Shown: positions 13,721 through 28,904 of the stretch, one piece after another
Position numbering within the stretch: position 1 is the stretch's first letter
Layout of the letters: each line of letters begins with the position of its first letter
From: Octopus bimaculoides
Taxonomy: Eukaryota
DNA: 64,000 bases
NCBI RefSeq assembly: GCF_001194135.2
Contig: NC_068999.1
Location: 51,718,758 to 51,782,757 of the forward strand
Direction: 5' to 3'
Position numbers and translations under genes: made by a program
Notes under the pieces: model-generated
Seen by the model: the letters and a program-made list of their open reading frames with translations, nothing else
Told to the model about the DNA's origin: nothing
Database searches by the model: none

Positions 13721-15460
13721 AAAGTTGGTTTTTGTATGCGTTTTCGTGTGACGCTTTACGGTATAATAACTATGTCGATTATTTGCGCTATCTACACTGC
13801 AGACACTCTTTCCCTTCAGATAACAAGTATGCAATTAAAACTAGTGTGTTGCATTTTGTGCTGCTTTGAAGTCTGCAGGATATACCCTCTACCCACGTCG
13901 TGTTTAAATCATCTGATCTTCTTTCACTTTTCTCACCTCATGTTCTTTCTAATTGACATGCAAAAATGTGTATATATTTGCCTGTTTATGTCGTCTTTTT
14001 ATGTTGTATTTTTGTCTATTGTTTATATCTCCATAACTTAGCAGTTCACCAAAAGATACTGATAAAATAAGTACTAGGCTTACAAAGAACAAGTCCTGGG
14101 ATCTATTTTTTTACTAAAAAAAAACCTTTAAGGCGGTGCTCCAGCATGGACTGAAACAAGTAAAAGAATATTAGTTTGCCCTCTATCCTTTGAGCTACCA
14201 GGAGTCTGCACTCTGCTGGCATAGTTCTCAGGGTCCTTAAGGCACACAAGCACCACACCACAATAAGGATTGGACCTTGTAATGAACTGACTTCTCAGGT
14301 ACCCCAGAATTTGAAGTCCAGGTAGGATATTCAGTGACTACACAGTGCTCCCACTACTTATAACAACTTCATCTTCATACAGTCTGACACCGATTTTATG
14401 TTGTTTTTTTTTTTAAAGTAACCTGTTTGCTACTGACCTGCCCATGTTCACTTGGTTCTATGACGAAAGATTTGTATGTTAAAAGGTTTATAATTAATTA
14501 AAATCTTTCGTCATAATTTTATATAAAAATCTTCTGAAGTCATATTCTCCAAACATCATCTACAAATGACCAAGTTAATTATTTTACTACACCTCTGCCC
14601 TTAAATAACTGGTTTGTTTATTTCGTTCATTTGTGTTTTCATTCATATGTTTTACATCTGTTTCCCTGTGCCAGCATGGGTCAGCTGAATACATAGTATT
14701 GAGGCATAGCTTTACAGCCTGATGCCCTTCCAGTTGCAAGCTCCCACCTCTTTTTCAAGTAAGACCTTTTAGTCTGCTTAGCTTCAGAAATACAAAGCAA
14801 GAGGAAAATTTTTCCATTTGAATTACAAGATGTAAACGGGCACGTGCAGGTGCACACACTGATACACACATGCTCAAACAGATGCACAGATGCACACACA
14901 ATATATAATGGGCTTCCATACAGTTTTCGCTCATCCAATTTCACTCACATGGTATTACTGTTGTTGTCATTGTAACTGTGTTGTCATTGTAACTATGTTG
15001 TCATTGTTCTAGCAATCTATATCTGTGTTAATTGTAAAAAAATAAAATATATTTAATTAGGTTAATTCACAATCACACTATAGATAATTACTTCACTCTC
15101 TTCCCCTCATCCCACAACACACACACACACGTATACATACACTAACACATGCAAACTTATGCCATTGATAAACACACACACACACATTGATTGTAATGTG
15201 CACACTTACATATATACATACATACACCTACACAGTTGTACCACATAAATGCCACATGTGTGGCATGGCAAACATGTTTTGTTTATCTTTGCTGAAGAAA
15301 AAAAATGTTTGACATGATTGAATCCCATCTGACATCCTCCCACCCCCCTGCTTTATGTATAAATCTGCAACCTGTAGATTAAAACACTCTCCCCTACCTC
15401 CACTACTTCTAGTTGTTACGTAATAGGTGTACATCTAAGCATGTGGTCTGTATAAATGTA

Positions 15461-15528
<68 letters not shown>

Positions 15529-16793
15529 CACAAGTGAGTGGACAAATGAAAGAAGGGCACTGACCCAATTTATTGGGAGTTACATGTATAGACCAAAACA
15601 GTTTGATTCAAATTCGTTGGAACCCTTGAGTTTCAAGTGTGATGCTAGTTGTCAGTCATTATGAATTTGAATGACAGAAGTTGATTGTTATTAACGGAAC
15701 CATGTGGTTGGTAAGCAAGCTTCTTACCACACAGCCACTCCTGCACCAATATATATATATGTATGTATGCATGTATGTATGTATGTAAATATATTTATTT
15801 ATTTTACTGTATTAACCAGACCATCGGATGTTGTTATACATCACTGATCACAGTGTGCTTCCTTGCATTGTTATAGCTTTTGAATTATGCCACCCCACTG
15901 GCTTGGCAGGCAGAATGCTGGTCCATCACAGTGTGACTCATTTGCAGCTGAGTGAGCTGAAGCAGTGTGAAATGAAGTGTTTTGCTCACACTGTTCTGCT
16001 GCTCTGGAAATTGAAACCATGATTTTGCAATCATGAATGCAACACCCTGACTGCTAGGCCATGATGATCTCGTGTATGTGTGTCAGTCTGTCTGTCTTCC
16101 ATGCCATCATCATCATCATCATCATTATTGGCTTGGTATCTGTTTTGTCATGCTAGCAGGCTTTGGATTAGTTTTGCTATACAATATCTCTACATTCATT
16201 TCAGCTCTGAGAACCAGCGTTCATGGAAATGACTTAATCACATCCTTCGAAGCCTCTGGGTATGTGTGTTGGGGACTTGAGATAGCCTAATACTACTTCT
16301 ATTATAATTCCATTTACGTCTTGGATAATTGAATCATGTGTCTTTCTCTGTGCTTGTATATACAGATCTCTCTCTTTCCTTTGATATACAAATGTCTCTT
16401 CCTATTGAATATACAGGTGTCTTTCTGTTTATGTTTAGTGTCTATCTGTTCTTGCATGTGCAGCTGTCTCTTGGTTCATGTATGTATAAGTGTCTCTCTC
16501 TTTGTTGTTGTATATACAAATGTCTGTCGGTTATTGTATGTGCAGGTATGTATCTGCTATTATGTGCGGTTGTGTCTCTGTTAATGTATGTATAAATGTT
16601 TCATTTCTTGTGCAATCTTTCTCTCTCTCTCTGTTTTTGTATGTAGACATGTCTCTCAGTTATTGTATGTGTATATACATATATATACTTTGGGCTGGTG
16701 GTGTATATATGTGTGTGTGTGTATATAGTTGTAACAAAAGGTTTGGTTTTTAAAACTCAGTAAAACAATAAAAAGAAACTAATTAATCATTAA

Positions 16794-17009
16794 CCCTTTA
16801 GCATTTAAACTGGCCATATCTGGCTAAAATATTCTACCTGTTTTATGCTCCAACTGGCCAGATCTTGCCTCTCACACCAGACCTACAATATCATTCTAAA
16901 AATTATATTACTCAACAAAATCACAAAACTGTGAGATAATGCGTGATTAATTAAAAAAAAATGTAAATAAATAAGAATTACACCTGACAGGAATTTGAAT
17001 GCTAAGAGG
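16794..17009. mobile_element. piggyBac-type MITE
   Basis: TTAA-flanked on both sides (16790-93, 17010-13), with TIRs CCCTTTAGCATT / AATGCTAAGAGG. A related copy lies at ~27677-27895. Confidence 0.8.
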
Positions 17010-17039
17010 TTAATATAGTCACAATTCTTCTCTGTGACC

Positions 17040-17640
17040 CCTTTATACTTGGCAATGAGCTTTTTAATGCCACATGCTTAAAATTCTTTAGGTTTAGAAG
17101 TGAAAAAACAAATTAACTCATTTTTGACATCTGCTCAAATGATTTTGTAAACTGCTAAAGAGATGGTGATCAGTAGGTGCAAAGTCCAGAGGATATAGTG
17201 GATGATGCATAATTTCCCAGGTATATTTTTCTAGATCTTTGGTCTTTTGTTGAATGTGAGGTCTAGCCTTATAAAGGATGGCTCCTTTTCTGTTTGTTAA
17301 TGATGGAAGTTTTTTGCTGCAAAGCTGCTTTCAAACATGTTAGCTGTTGGCAGTATACATCGGCTGTTAGTGTTTGATTATCATCTAGCAGCTCATGATA
17401 AACTATTCCATGCATGTCCCACCATACACTCAGAACAATCTTCCTTGGATGCAGACCACTTCTGGACTGCTTAGTTGACTCTTCACTTCAACTGAGCTGC
17501 TGATGTTTTCACTTAACATTATGGTAAAGTATCCATTTTTCATCTCCAGTTATGACTCTTAAAAAAAAAAGGCATTTGCAGCTCATGAGATTGCAGTGAT
17601 ACACAGCAGACAACACGTTGTTTGCGATTGTCTGCAGAGA
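17040..17640 (-). mobile_element. Decayed mariner (Tc1/mariner) transposase
   Basis: ITGDEKWILYHN, LHPRKIVLSVWWD, YCQQL, then WEIMHHPLYPLDFAPTDHHLFSSLQNHL (YSPDLAP.D equivalent); contains stops and frameshifts. Confidence 0.88.
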
Positions 17641-17889
17641 GATCATGCGGGACCTGTGTCTCATTCCTATATACACAAGTGTCTCACTATTCCTATAAAT
17701 ACAGGTGCATCTCACTATTATTGTATATACATGTCTCCCTGTTCTCATATAAACAAATGTATCTGTTATTGAATACACATATTACTATATACTTTTGTAT
17801 GCACACTTGTCAGTTTTTCTGTATAGGTAACTGTCTCTCACTGTGTACACAGTGTGTTATATAGAATACACACAGGTGTTTTTCTTTTT

Positions 17890-19911
17890 GTTGAACAGTA
17901 TTTGTTTACCTTTGAAAACAGGTGGATTGAAAAGTTTTCTTGAAGGAAGTCTTCTCCAAAAACTCAAAAGCAAGCAGCTCAAATATGCATGAAGCAGAAA
18001 TCTTTATGAAGTGGGCTTTTAAATCCATTTTGTGATGATTCTCTCAGCATTTCCATTTAATTCTAGAGGTACACAGGCATTTTCCATAGGCTTACATCCG
18101 ATTTTATTAACTCTTGTATACCAGTCATTAACACAAAATTCACAAACATTGTCAGACACCAATATTTCTGGAACATTATTATATGGTAACATCTGCCTAT
18201 CTGGTTCTGCTTCTTTATTCCAGCTATCCATAAAATGCTTCAACAAGTATTAAGGAAACAGACCATAATTCTTGACAGAAGCATTATCTATGTGCACAAG
18301 TGTCCAAGCTTTAACTTCTTTAGGTCATGCATGCAATGTGTGCGTCAGTTCTGGTTTTATACTAGCACATATTCTTACATATTGTTCCACATCTTCGCAG
18401 TAACCTGAGCATCATGCTTTTAATTTCAGCTGGTTCCTTGTTGGCTGTTGAGCTCACAGCTTTTATCATTAATGCTCTGAAATAGGCTGGTGGAACAATT
18501 AATTCTCCAGCACACAAGCTGTAAACTTAATGAACTTAAATGGTATCTCAATAGCAGAACAATTGCTCTATTATTAAAAATCTTTTATGATATACCTGAT
18601 AAAATATTATTGTTGACAGTCTCCATCTTTCTATTGTCGCAGTTTATAGCAATGGTTTCTATAAGCTGAATGAAAGAATCATTAATTATATTCATGGAAA
18701 CCAACATTATTAATAAACTAGAAAACCTGTTCTCCATGGCAGAATTGTTAAGGCTGCTCTTATTGGTGAAGAGAATTAGCTTGAAAGACTCTTGTGCTGA
18801 TACTATGGAAAAGCACTCTTGGTGCCACATAAAAGTGTTTGTGCCATGTTAAAAACACCCGACACACTCTGTAAAGTGACTGGTGTTAGGAAAGGCATCA
18901 AGCCATGGAAACCAAGCCAAATCAGACTGGAACCTGGTGCAGCTTGCCAACTCTAGTCAAACCATGCAACCCATGCCAGCACGGAAAATAGATGTTATAG
19001 GCAGTGGCGAGCAGCAAAAATGCCTTTTATTTGTTGGACTTGCTATGAAAATGGAACATCATGTTTACAAATCGATGCAAGTCATGATATGTTGTCTGAA
19101 TAACAATCAGTAAATCTTCCATTAAAAAAAAATAAAATTCTAATTCTTATCCTTTGACAGTTTTACATCCATAATTCTCACTGCTAAATAATGGTTTGCC
19201 GATATCACTTCCTTTGTCCGCAATTGTTTTCCCCCAAAAGACAATTCATTTGTTTCTAACACAGATTTAGCTCAAATGATATCATGCCTGATAGTTCTCA
19301 CCTTTTTCTGTTCTTGTTTATCTCACTGTATAGACTTTTCAACAGTTTTTGCAACAACGTCTATGCCATCTTGATTAACAATAACATTATCAATATCATT
19401 TTCAATAACTGGGTTAAGTGATCTCTGAAACATAATTTTTGACTCCTTTAACTTCAAATGACTGACCTCCATTTAAAAACAAACAAAAAGATTAGTACAT
19501 GTATTGCAGTAATCTCTTGCTGCAGAACATTTTATTTAACAATATGTCTCCTTTAACCCTTTTGTTACCATATGTTAAAATATACTGCCTTTGTTTCAAT
19601 TAACTTTTTTTAAATAATGAAGAGTTTATTCAATTAACTTAATTATTATTAAGCTGGTGTCTGGAATACAAATTAACATGGTGGTTTTAATTTAGACCAC
19701 TTTAAAATAGTGAATTTGTATCTTAAAACCAGGGGTGGTTTCAGGCAGGGTGGTATCGAAAGGTGGAGGTGTGACTGTGTGGTAATTTGCTTCCCAACCA
19801 CATAATTCTGGGTTCTGTTCCTCTGCATGATACCATCTAACTATAGCCTAGGGCCAACCAAAGCCTTGTGACCCTGTGAGTGGATTAGGAAGATGGAAAC
19901 TGAAAGAAACT

Positions 19912-19999
<88 letters not shown>

Positions 20000-21060
20000 A
20001 TGCACACGCATATGTATGTATGCATGCGTGTGTCTATATATATCTCTGTGTGTGTGTATCTTTGTCTGTTCCTCTCTACCATGTGACAACCAGTGTTGGT
20101 GTGTTTTACATACTCATAACTTAGTTCTGCAAAAATGACTGATAGATTAAGTACCAGGCTTTAAAAAAAAAAAGTACTAGGATTGATTTATTCAACTAAA
20201 GACACTTCGAGGCAGTGCTCCAGCATGGCCACAATCTAAATGACTGAAACAAATAAAATATATATGATAAAGATGCTACAAAGTGACTGAAATATTAGTT
20301 CTCTTTTTGGAGTTAAATAAGAATCTGAACAAATTCTTTCGCTGTCACCTACTTTACAGTTTCCACATGTTCAAAGATCACCATCTGCTTTTTAGACCCC
20401 TATTAAAGGAGAGGCCTATTCATTCCCTCAGGTAGAAACTACTGAAAGAATATCCTCAGCTTCACTATGGCTAATGGTTTTAATGTGTAATAGTCTTGCC
20501 TCAAACTAAAATGGCTTAATATATCCTTTGGAAAGAATGTTAATTTTAAAACCTCTTCATTTCTAAAATGTGTCCTCAAGCTTCCATCTTATGAATTAAT
20601 GTACATCTATCAACATTCATGACATTCATATTGAACAAGCAATGGTTTGTTTTTTTTCATTTTCTTTTTCACCTTCAGCAATAGTAATAATCATATTCTC
20701 TGTTCTCTTACTAGTTGCCATTAATGCATAAAATCTTTCTCAAAATTTCAATGAGCAATCCATTAAAGTTCTTCATTTTAAGATCACACTTTCTAACTTT
20801 TGGTTTATTCAAATTCATCCAGAAATTCTGAGATATTGTAGATGTATCATGTTATGTCATTCTGCACTAATCAAAAGCTAGCACTGAAGTTGTATGATGT
20901 CCTTAAATAGCTTTGCAATGCTACCATAATTTGCATATCAGCGACATCACTATTGTGTTACTGTCTTCAAGCCTAACCTGTTCCATCGATTGCTTCTTGT
21001 TGTAGGGTCCCTCACTAGTTGTTATAATTGGTCAATGTTGTCAGCAACAAAGGCAGAACT
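17890..21060 (-). mobile_element. Decayed Ty3/Gypsy LTR-retrotransposon pol (PR-RT-RH-IN order), interrupted by SINEs and a MITE
   Basis: Frameshifted fragments on -: protease region WMNLNKPKVRKCDLKMK (~20800), RT KKADGDL*TCGNCKV..ICSD (~20350), RT active-site region FQRSL..IDNVIVNQDG (~19400), integrase EDVEQYVRIC..WTLVHID and VPEILVSDN..NGNAERII (18400-18030). Confidence 0.8.
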
Positions 21061-21139
21061 ATCAGCACCAGGCAAAATACTGAGCAGCATTTCGTCTGTC
21101 TTTATGTTCTGCTATTGACTTTACCTTTCTACACAACAA

Positions 21140-21345
21140 GGTGGTGAGCTGGCAGAAACGTTAGCACACCAGGCGAAATGCTTAGCAGTATTTTGTCTGT
21201 CTTTACATCCTGAGTTCAAATTCCGCTGAGGTCGACTTTGCCTTTCATCCTTTCAAGGTCAATAAATTAAGTACTAGTTGCATACTAGGGTCGATCCAAT
21301 TGGCTGGCCCCCTCCCCCATTATTTCGAGCCTTGTGCCTAGAGTA
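21140..21345 (+). mobile_element. SINE family B (GGTGAGCTGGCAGAA...GAGTTCAAATTCCGCCGAGGTCGAC)
   Basis: tRNA-like A/B boxes; other copies at 2405-2612-, 6770-6925+, 32625-32730+, 43443-43635+, 54830-55000-, 61595-61805+. Confidence 0.85.
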
Positions 21346-21649
21346 GAGAATAATAAAACCAGTACCAGTTGAGCGCTGGAGTTAATCTAATCAATCTATC
21401 AATCCCTTGAAATTGCTGGCCTTGTACCAAAACTTGAAAGCAATATTGTCAGCAATGTAATTAGTTCGTTTATCAAGGATACTACAATAATTACTTGGTT
21501 ACTGATGCCACTTTGCATTTTGAACTTAACACCGAGTTTCACATTAATCATTGGAGTGTTTTTAGGCCAATTTATTAAATATTGTAGAACCTTCCTCTTT
21601 AATTTCCTCAGCCATTTTTGTAGATTTACACACAATACATATGTTATTA

Positions 21650-23050
21650 CACATGGTTGTTGAATTTTGCTTGCGTGTAGATGTTTATCAATCAGTTCTC
21701 AGTCCCTTCCTGTTTATTGTAGTTTTCCAGACCCTTAAGTGCAGGCATGGCTGTATGGTAAGATGTTTGCCTTCCAGTCACATTGTTTTGGGTTTAGTAT
21801 CACTGCCTGGTATCTTGAGTGTTTTCTACTATAGCCCCAGGCTAACCAGAGCTTTCTGAGTAGATTTGGTAGATGGAAATTGAAAGACGCCCTGTTGTGT
21901 GTGTGTTACTGTCTCCTTACCTTGGTAGTTGTGAACAAGTGTCAGTTTCATGAAATAATTATATTTTGTTTCCAATCTTCTGTGAAAACAGTTCTGGTTA
22001 TGAGAAAATATTTCCTTGGAAACAGGTAAAGGTTGGTGACATGAAGGGCATCTGGCTATAGAAAATTTGTTTTAACAAATTCCATCTGACCCATGCAAGT
22101 ATGAAAAAGTGGATGTTAAAATGATAATGGTTATGAACACAGGAATTTAAGATCTGCTGTCCATGAGATCTTGTATGTCAATGACCTAATCCTCATATCT
22201 AAATCGGTCAATGATTTAGAAAATAGATTCTAAATGTGAAGTCTGCAAAGATAGATGTTTTAGTTAGCAGGAATGAAGACAAGACAGTACTATCATCTGC
22301 AAAGTGGCAATGCTTGTTTAATATGCAGAAAATGAGTAGGTAAGAATTCCACATGGCATATCCAATGTACAGTATGGACCAGTGGTTCTCAGCTGCATTT
22401 GACCCTTGGGGATCTGTGTAAGTTATTGTTGTTAAAATTTATCAGGAGTGGCTATGTGGTAAGTAGCTTGGGCAAGTGTCTTCTACTATAGCCTTGGGCC
22501 GACCAGAGGCTTGTGAGTGGATTTGGTAGACGGAAACTGAAAGAAGCCCATCGTATATATGTGTGTGTGTGTATGTTTGTGTGTCTGTTTGTCCCCCACC
22601 AGCATCACTTAACAACCGATGCTGGAGTGTTTACATCCCCGTAACTTAGCAGTTCGGCAAAAGAGACTGATAGAATAAGTACTAGGCTTCCAAAGAATAA
22701 GTCCTGGGGTCGATTTGCTCGACTAAAGGCAGTGCTCCAGCATGGCCGCAGTCAAATGGCTGAAACAAGTAAAAGTGAGAGTATCTATTAGTGAAGGGTA
22801 GATTGTGATGCTTGTGTGCAAAATGCAATATTGCATGGTCACAAAACATGTGCATTATACTCAACAGATGTGCAAAAGCTGGAACAAAATTAAGCCAGCA
22901 TTCTGTTGGATGTGTAATGCTAATGTGAATGAATGAGGATACATGTATGGACTAAGAAAAACTGTGTAGAAGGAGAAGCAGATAAAGTGTACAAGAGATA
23001 AAACTGCTCTTATCTGGTGGACATGTGATGCATATGGAGGCTGACAGTTG
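21650..23050 (+). mobile_element. RTE-like LINE RT relic broken by younger insertions
   Basis: VDVYQSVLSPFLFIVV (GVHQGSVLSP equivalent, ~21680), LYVNDLILIS (YADD equivalent, ~22175) and a KLEQN.ASILL-type distal region (~22880), collinear. Confidence 0.7.
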
Positions 23051-23382
23051 AGTAAAGAATTGCCAAGAGACCCACATGGAAAAAATCTGTACCTACAGAA
23101 GAACCAGACCGAGGAAAATATGGGTCCAAGTGGTGAAAACTAATTTCAGGATGTTGAACCTCATAAGGATGATGATGAATTACTGCAACAAGCGGCAAGA
23201 ATATCTGTGTTGGAGAAGACCTGTCTAACCCATGCAGGCATGGAAAAATGGTTGTAAAAATGATGATGCTATATATTCTCAACGTGTCCCATATGGGAAC
23301 AGCATTGAATTTATCTTTCATTAGCATGTGCCACATGGGAACATCAGTGTGTGTTTGTGTGTATATGTGTGTGTGTGTGTGT

Positions 23383-23414
<32 letters not shown>

Positions 23415-23558
23415 CCTTGATATATTCCTCTTGGGAACAGCTGTGCTTTTGCTACTATACTTGCTTCAGATTCTTCTTTTGAATGAAGCAGCATGCTGCT
23501 GATGTTCATTCTAATTATTCTGTAGATGACGTAGGTTTGTGTCTGTCTCTCTCTCTTA

Positions 23559-23592
<34 letters not shown>

Positions 23593-23602
23593 NNNNNNNN
23601 NN

Positions 23603-23648
<46 letters not shown>

Positions 23649-24168
23649 ATTTCTCATGTCTGTAATCAATGTGTTTGTTTGTTAGGTTTTTGTCTTTCAT
23701 AGTTCACATAAAATATCTTGGCTTTTAAGCCAAAGTTATTATTCTGGAATTCAGTTCTTATGACAACCAAACATCTCTTTGTCTGTTATCATAATTAGCT
23801 TGTCAAACATATGGTCGAAATAACCTCTCTAACAATCTCAGCTGCTTATATTGAAATAATTTATTTTCTTTAGAGACAAGACCACATTCCTCTCTATGTA
23901 TCTCTATTATTATGAATCTATATTAAAAAAATGGAAAAGGATATAATCAAATTAACTTACTCTTTTGTAATTCACCCATACATACATTGTGTGTGTGTGT
24001 GTGTAGTAAGAAGCTTGCTTCCCAACCACATGGTTCTGGGTTCAGTCCCACCACACTTTGAGCATGTGTCTTCTACTGTAGTCTCAGGCCAACCAAAGCC
24101 TTGTGAGTGGATTTCATAGAGAAAAACTGAAAGAAGCCCATTGTATGTATATATATATATATATATAT

Positions 24169-24749
24169 NNNNNNNNNNNNNNNNNNNNNNNNNNNNNNNN
24201 NNNNNNNNNNNNNNNNNNNNNNNNNNNNNNNNNNNNNNNNNNNNNNNNNNNNNNNNNNNNNNNNNNNNNNNNNNNNNNNNNNNNNNNNNNNNNNNNNNNN
24301 NNNNNNNNNNNNNNNNNNNNNNNNNNNNNNNNNNNNNNNNNNNNNNNNNNNNNNNNNNNNNNNNNNNNNNNNNNNNNNNNNNNNNNNNNNNNNNNNNNNN
24401 NNNNNNNNNNNNNNNNNNNNNNNNNNNNNNNNNNNNNNNNNNNNNNNNNNNNNNNNNNNNNNNNNNNNNNNNNNNNNNNNNNNNNNNNNNNNNNNNNNNN
24501 NNNNNNNNNNNNNNNNNNNNNNNNNNNNNNNNNNNNNNNNNNNNNNNNNNNNNNNNNNNNNNNNNNNNNNNNNNNNNNNNNNNNNNNNNNNNNNNNNNNN
24601 NNNNNNNNNNNNNNNNNNNNNNNNNNNNNNNNNNNNNNNNNNNNNNNNNNNNNNNNNNNNNNNNNNNNNNNNNNNNNNNNNNNNNNNNNNNNNNNNNNNN
24701 NNNNNNNNNNNNNNNNNNNNNNNNNNNNNNNNNNNNNNNNNNNNNNNNN
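24169..24749. other. Assembly gap (581 N); 10-N gaps also at 455, 23593, 29096, 41319, 41953
   Basis: Runs of N. Confidence 1.
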
Positions 24750-27700
24750 CTCTTCCCATGGACTGCAAATTAAATTTGTATACACAAATTAAACCTGTGC
24801 TATGGAGGAATGTAGTGGCGGACAAAAAACAAGACAGGAAAACAAACGGAAAAGAAAACAAGACAGGATACAAACGGAAAAGGCTATACGGCCAGACGTG
24901 AAAAATTATGTGTATATGAACGCTGTGAGGCATGAACTTGAAAGTGGGGACGAAGTAAGTTCGCGTGTTTGCTTGGCGATAGCCAAGGAAGAAAAGGATT
25001 AGTGACCGGAAGCATGTGACCATGCAGTGGTAAGGGAGAGAGAGAGAGAGTGTGGTAGAGGGAGAAACAAAGGGAGGAAGTAGAAGAATAGGTGAACAAT
25101 GAGAGAAAGAGGAATATAGTAGTACAGAAGGAAGTACGAGGGGGGAAAGAGGGAGATATAGTAGTAACAGAAGGAAGAAAGAGAGATACGTAGTAGTAAC
25201 AGAGGAAGAACGAGAAGGGGAAAAGGTGATAGAGTAGCGTCAGGCTTCTTTCAGTTTCCGTCTACCAAATCCACTCACAAAGCTTTGGTCGGCCCAAGGC
25301 TATAGTAGAAGACACTTTCCCAAGGTGCCACGCAGTGGGACTTAACCCGGAACCATGTGGTTTGTAAGCAAGCTACTTAGCACACAAAATTGTTAAAATA
25401 TTTTGTGTATTGTAGAATTATAACCAATTTATTGCACATGAATTTTAATAACAAAATCTTATGGGCCCCCAAGGATCATGTGGACCCCAATTGAGAACTA
25501 CTGTATTAACCAGAAGTCTTTGAACTTTACAATAATGCTTTACAATATTCTTAAACTTCATGATTTATTGAGATTCTGAACATAACGAAGTAAGACAATA
25601 TGAAGGTGAAGCATAACACGACAACAACTGGAGGCATCTTATCTACTTTCATGCACACCACATGTGACTTCCTTGCAATACTTGTTAAGATATCAACAGA
25701 AACCACTTATTAGCAATAGCGAGCGACTTGGCATCCACTCAAGAAGTCACGATCAATTATAACTAAAACACCATGGTTTTGAATAAAATATCAATGGTCA
25801 AACTTGCTTTCCTTCTTCACAGCAAAGGAGAAGACTGCCATGACTAGAGATGGTTGTTAATAGGTTTAGAAAGTTCAAGTGACAGCGGAAGTATGCCAAA
25901 CTCTTTGCTATTTATTTGTTCTCTCAGCCATATTTCAAATAGCATGTGACATGATTGCTTTAATGTTTCCAGCTAAATAATTACTTATGGCCCATTACTA
26001 CTGAAATATTCTTGTTGTCTAATGTACTGAAAGCTAGGTTTAGCTCTTTCTAGACAGCTCATCCTCTGTTCTTGGGTGTAATGTATGTGTGCATATGTGT
26101 ATCTATAAGTGGATATGTATGCGTATGTTTGTACTCTAACCCTTTTGATACCAACTTGCCTGAAGATGCTCCCGGATCCATGATACAAACTCCCAGTCAC
26201 TGTTTCAAAGGGATCTAAATTGAATCCTTCTATCAAAATTTTATGTTCCAAACATCTGCTTAGTAATGAGAATTATTTAACAAAATTCTTCATACAGCTC
26301 TATATTGGGCAAGTGTCTTCTATTATAGCCTCGGGCCGACCAAAGCCTTGTGAGTGGATTTGGTAGACGGAAACTGAAAGAAGCCCGTCGTATATATGTA
26401 TATATATATGTGTATATGTGTGAGTGTGTGTCTGTGTTTGTCCCCCCAACATCGCTTGACAACCGATGCTGGTGTGTTTACGTCCCCGTAACTTAGCAGT
26501 TCGGCAAAAGAGACTGATAGAATAAGTACTAGGCTTCCAAAGAATAAGTCCTGAGAATAAGTCCTGAAACAAGTAAAAGAGTAAAAGAAGAGTATATGTT
26601 ACACATGGTGCAAACATTATCTTGATACAGAATTTAAATACTTGAAGTGGAAAACTGTTTATTATATCAAAATACGGCTTAAATTTCTCCTAGTGGATGG
26701 TCACAATTGTGGCTAGACTATTCAGCTGCAAGATGCAAATCTAGTAGACTGTCATTTTTATATATAATAAATGTCTGTGTTAGCATTTTAACACAATGAT
26801 TATTGTTGATGCAAGTGAAGTTGTTATAGACAGAAAAATAGATGGTTTATGGTCATAAAGGTTTGCTATCTCTCTCTCCTGGGTTATGTATATTGGCTCA
26901 AAGTAAACTGTTGTTGTGTATTCCCATTATTTGTTCAATAAAGCCTTTATTAATGACTGTAGGATGTGATTTGTGAGAGTTTTATCTACTATTTTACAGC
27001 AAGTTGATATCTATCATTTATCAGCAGTCTGTTGAAGAAAATTATTTGCCTTTGGACAATTCTCTCCCCTCCCTCAGTATTATACTTTCTGTTATATATC
27101 TTCAGAGTAGGTGGCTGAGGTAACAGGTTAGTAGGTTCATTACTTTAATGAGGTGATTGCGTTAAGAGTCAGTGTGAGTTTTAGCTTACTTAAGAGAAGT
27201 TTTATTTTTCATCTGTGTGTGTGTGTGTGTGTATATACACACACACCTTAAAATCATCATTCATTATTACATAGAAAGTTCGCTAAATATGGCCAGCCAC
27301 AGTTAGACAATTTTATAGTTTTTGCAAGGATGGGTTTCATGCCTCATATTTTTGCTATCATTATCTCTTCTAGATCAATAATATTTTAGAGAGCTTCTCA
27401 CTATCCTGAATTCCAATATTTCTATCTACACAATACTAACCTAAACTACAATACAGGTTGTATGATTTTGGTCTTTGATAATTTCTGATTAGTTTGATGG
27501 TGTCTCACTGTCTGAATATATACTTATATTAGAAAAAAATAGCTTTTGGTCTTTGGTGAATGATTGTCTGTTTTTATGATCTTTAATAATTAGGATAATT
27601 TATAAATATTTTCTTGTTTGCTATTATCTCCATTTTGCAGAACATTGTTACTCAATTGCTGTTGCTTGCTTTTTAACCCTTTATCATTTGAACTGGCCAT

Positions 27701-28863
27701 TTCCTTCCCAGAATGTTTTCCGTTTTATGTTCAAGCAAGCCACATCTGACCTCTCACATCTACCTAACAATGTCATTCAAAACATAAGCAATCACATCAT
27801 TGAAATCTCAAAGCTACAAGATAATGCATGATTAATTCAAATCATTGTGAATGACTATGTATTACATTCGACAGAGTAATCTAAACGCTAAACGATTAAA
27901 AATAACAAAAAAAAACAAAAAACTCTCTGTGGGTGAATTGCTATGTCCTTTATTGTTTGAGATGATCTAGTAGTACATGCATATTGTCCAGTATAAGCAG
28001 CTAGTACTCTGTTATGAGCTCCAACTCCTTATGTGTAGGTATTCAGTGATTATTATTAGTACGACACACCTTTCAAGTAAATAGTTAATTTTCTAGTCAA
28101 ATTGTCACCATATTTGACATTTAAAGTCCACTGATATTTTCATAATTGTTTTCTGCTAGGATTAGCTTTCAAAGCTCAGACCTTGTGCTACATACTTTTT
28201 GATTTAAAAAAAAGAATATATATATATACATATACACACTCACATATACACACTCACATGTACACAGGTGTATATATGAATATGTGAGAGAGAGGTGAAT
28301 AAAAAGAGATAGTATATAGAGAGGAAGTAGGGGGAGGAAGTGAGCTGGAGAGGAAATAAGTAATAGAATTGGTAAAAATAGGAGGGAGAAAGGAAGGCAG
28401 GAACAAGAAAGACCCAGTTAGATTATGTGTCTGAAGATGGTGAACTGGGCAGATGGAGCCTCTGTGGTGTGATGCCTCGGAAGAGATGGTGAGAAAGAGG
28501 AAATGATGAATAGCAACGGCGTAGCTGGAACGGGAGTGGGGCAAGGAAGAATACCTGGGAGGGAGAGAAGAAGAAGCAGCTAGATCGAAGAATGTGAAAG
28601 AGGTAATATAGAGAGGAAGAGATGGATGGGTGGGTGGGGTGTGAAAATGGTTGTTTATCATTAATGGGAGGAAAGTAGAAGAGGAGATGATGGTGTATAT
28701 AAGAAATGTGTACACTACATATTTGTGTGGATGATCATGTTATATATCATCATTATCATCATCGTCGTTTAACGTCCGCTTTCCATGCTAGCATGGGTTG
28801 GACGATTTGACTGAGGACTGGTGAAACCAGATGGCTACACCAGGCTCCAATCTGATTTGCCAG

Positions 28864-28904
<41 letters not shown>

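Noticed and set aside
24073-25023. Long ORFs of 210-316 aa
   Set aside because: They run through the 581-N gap.
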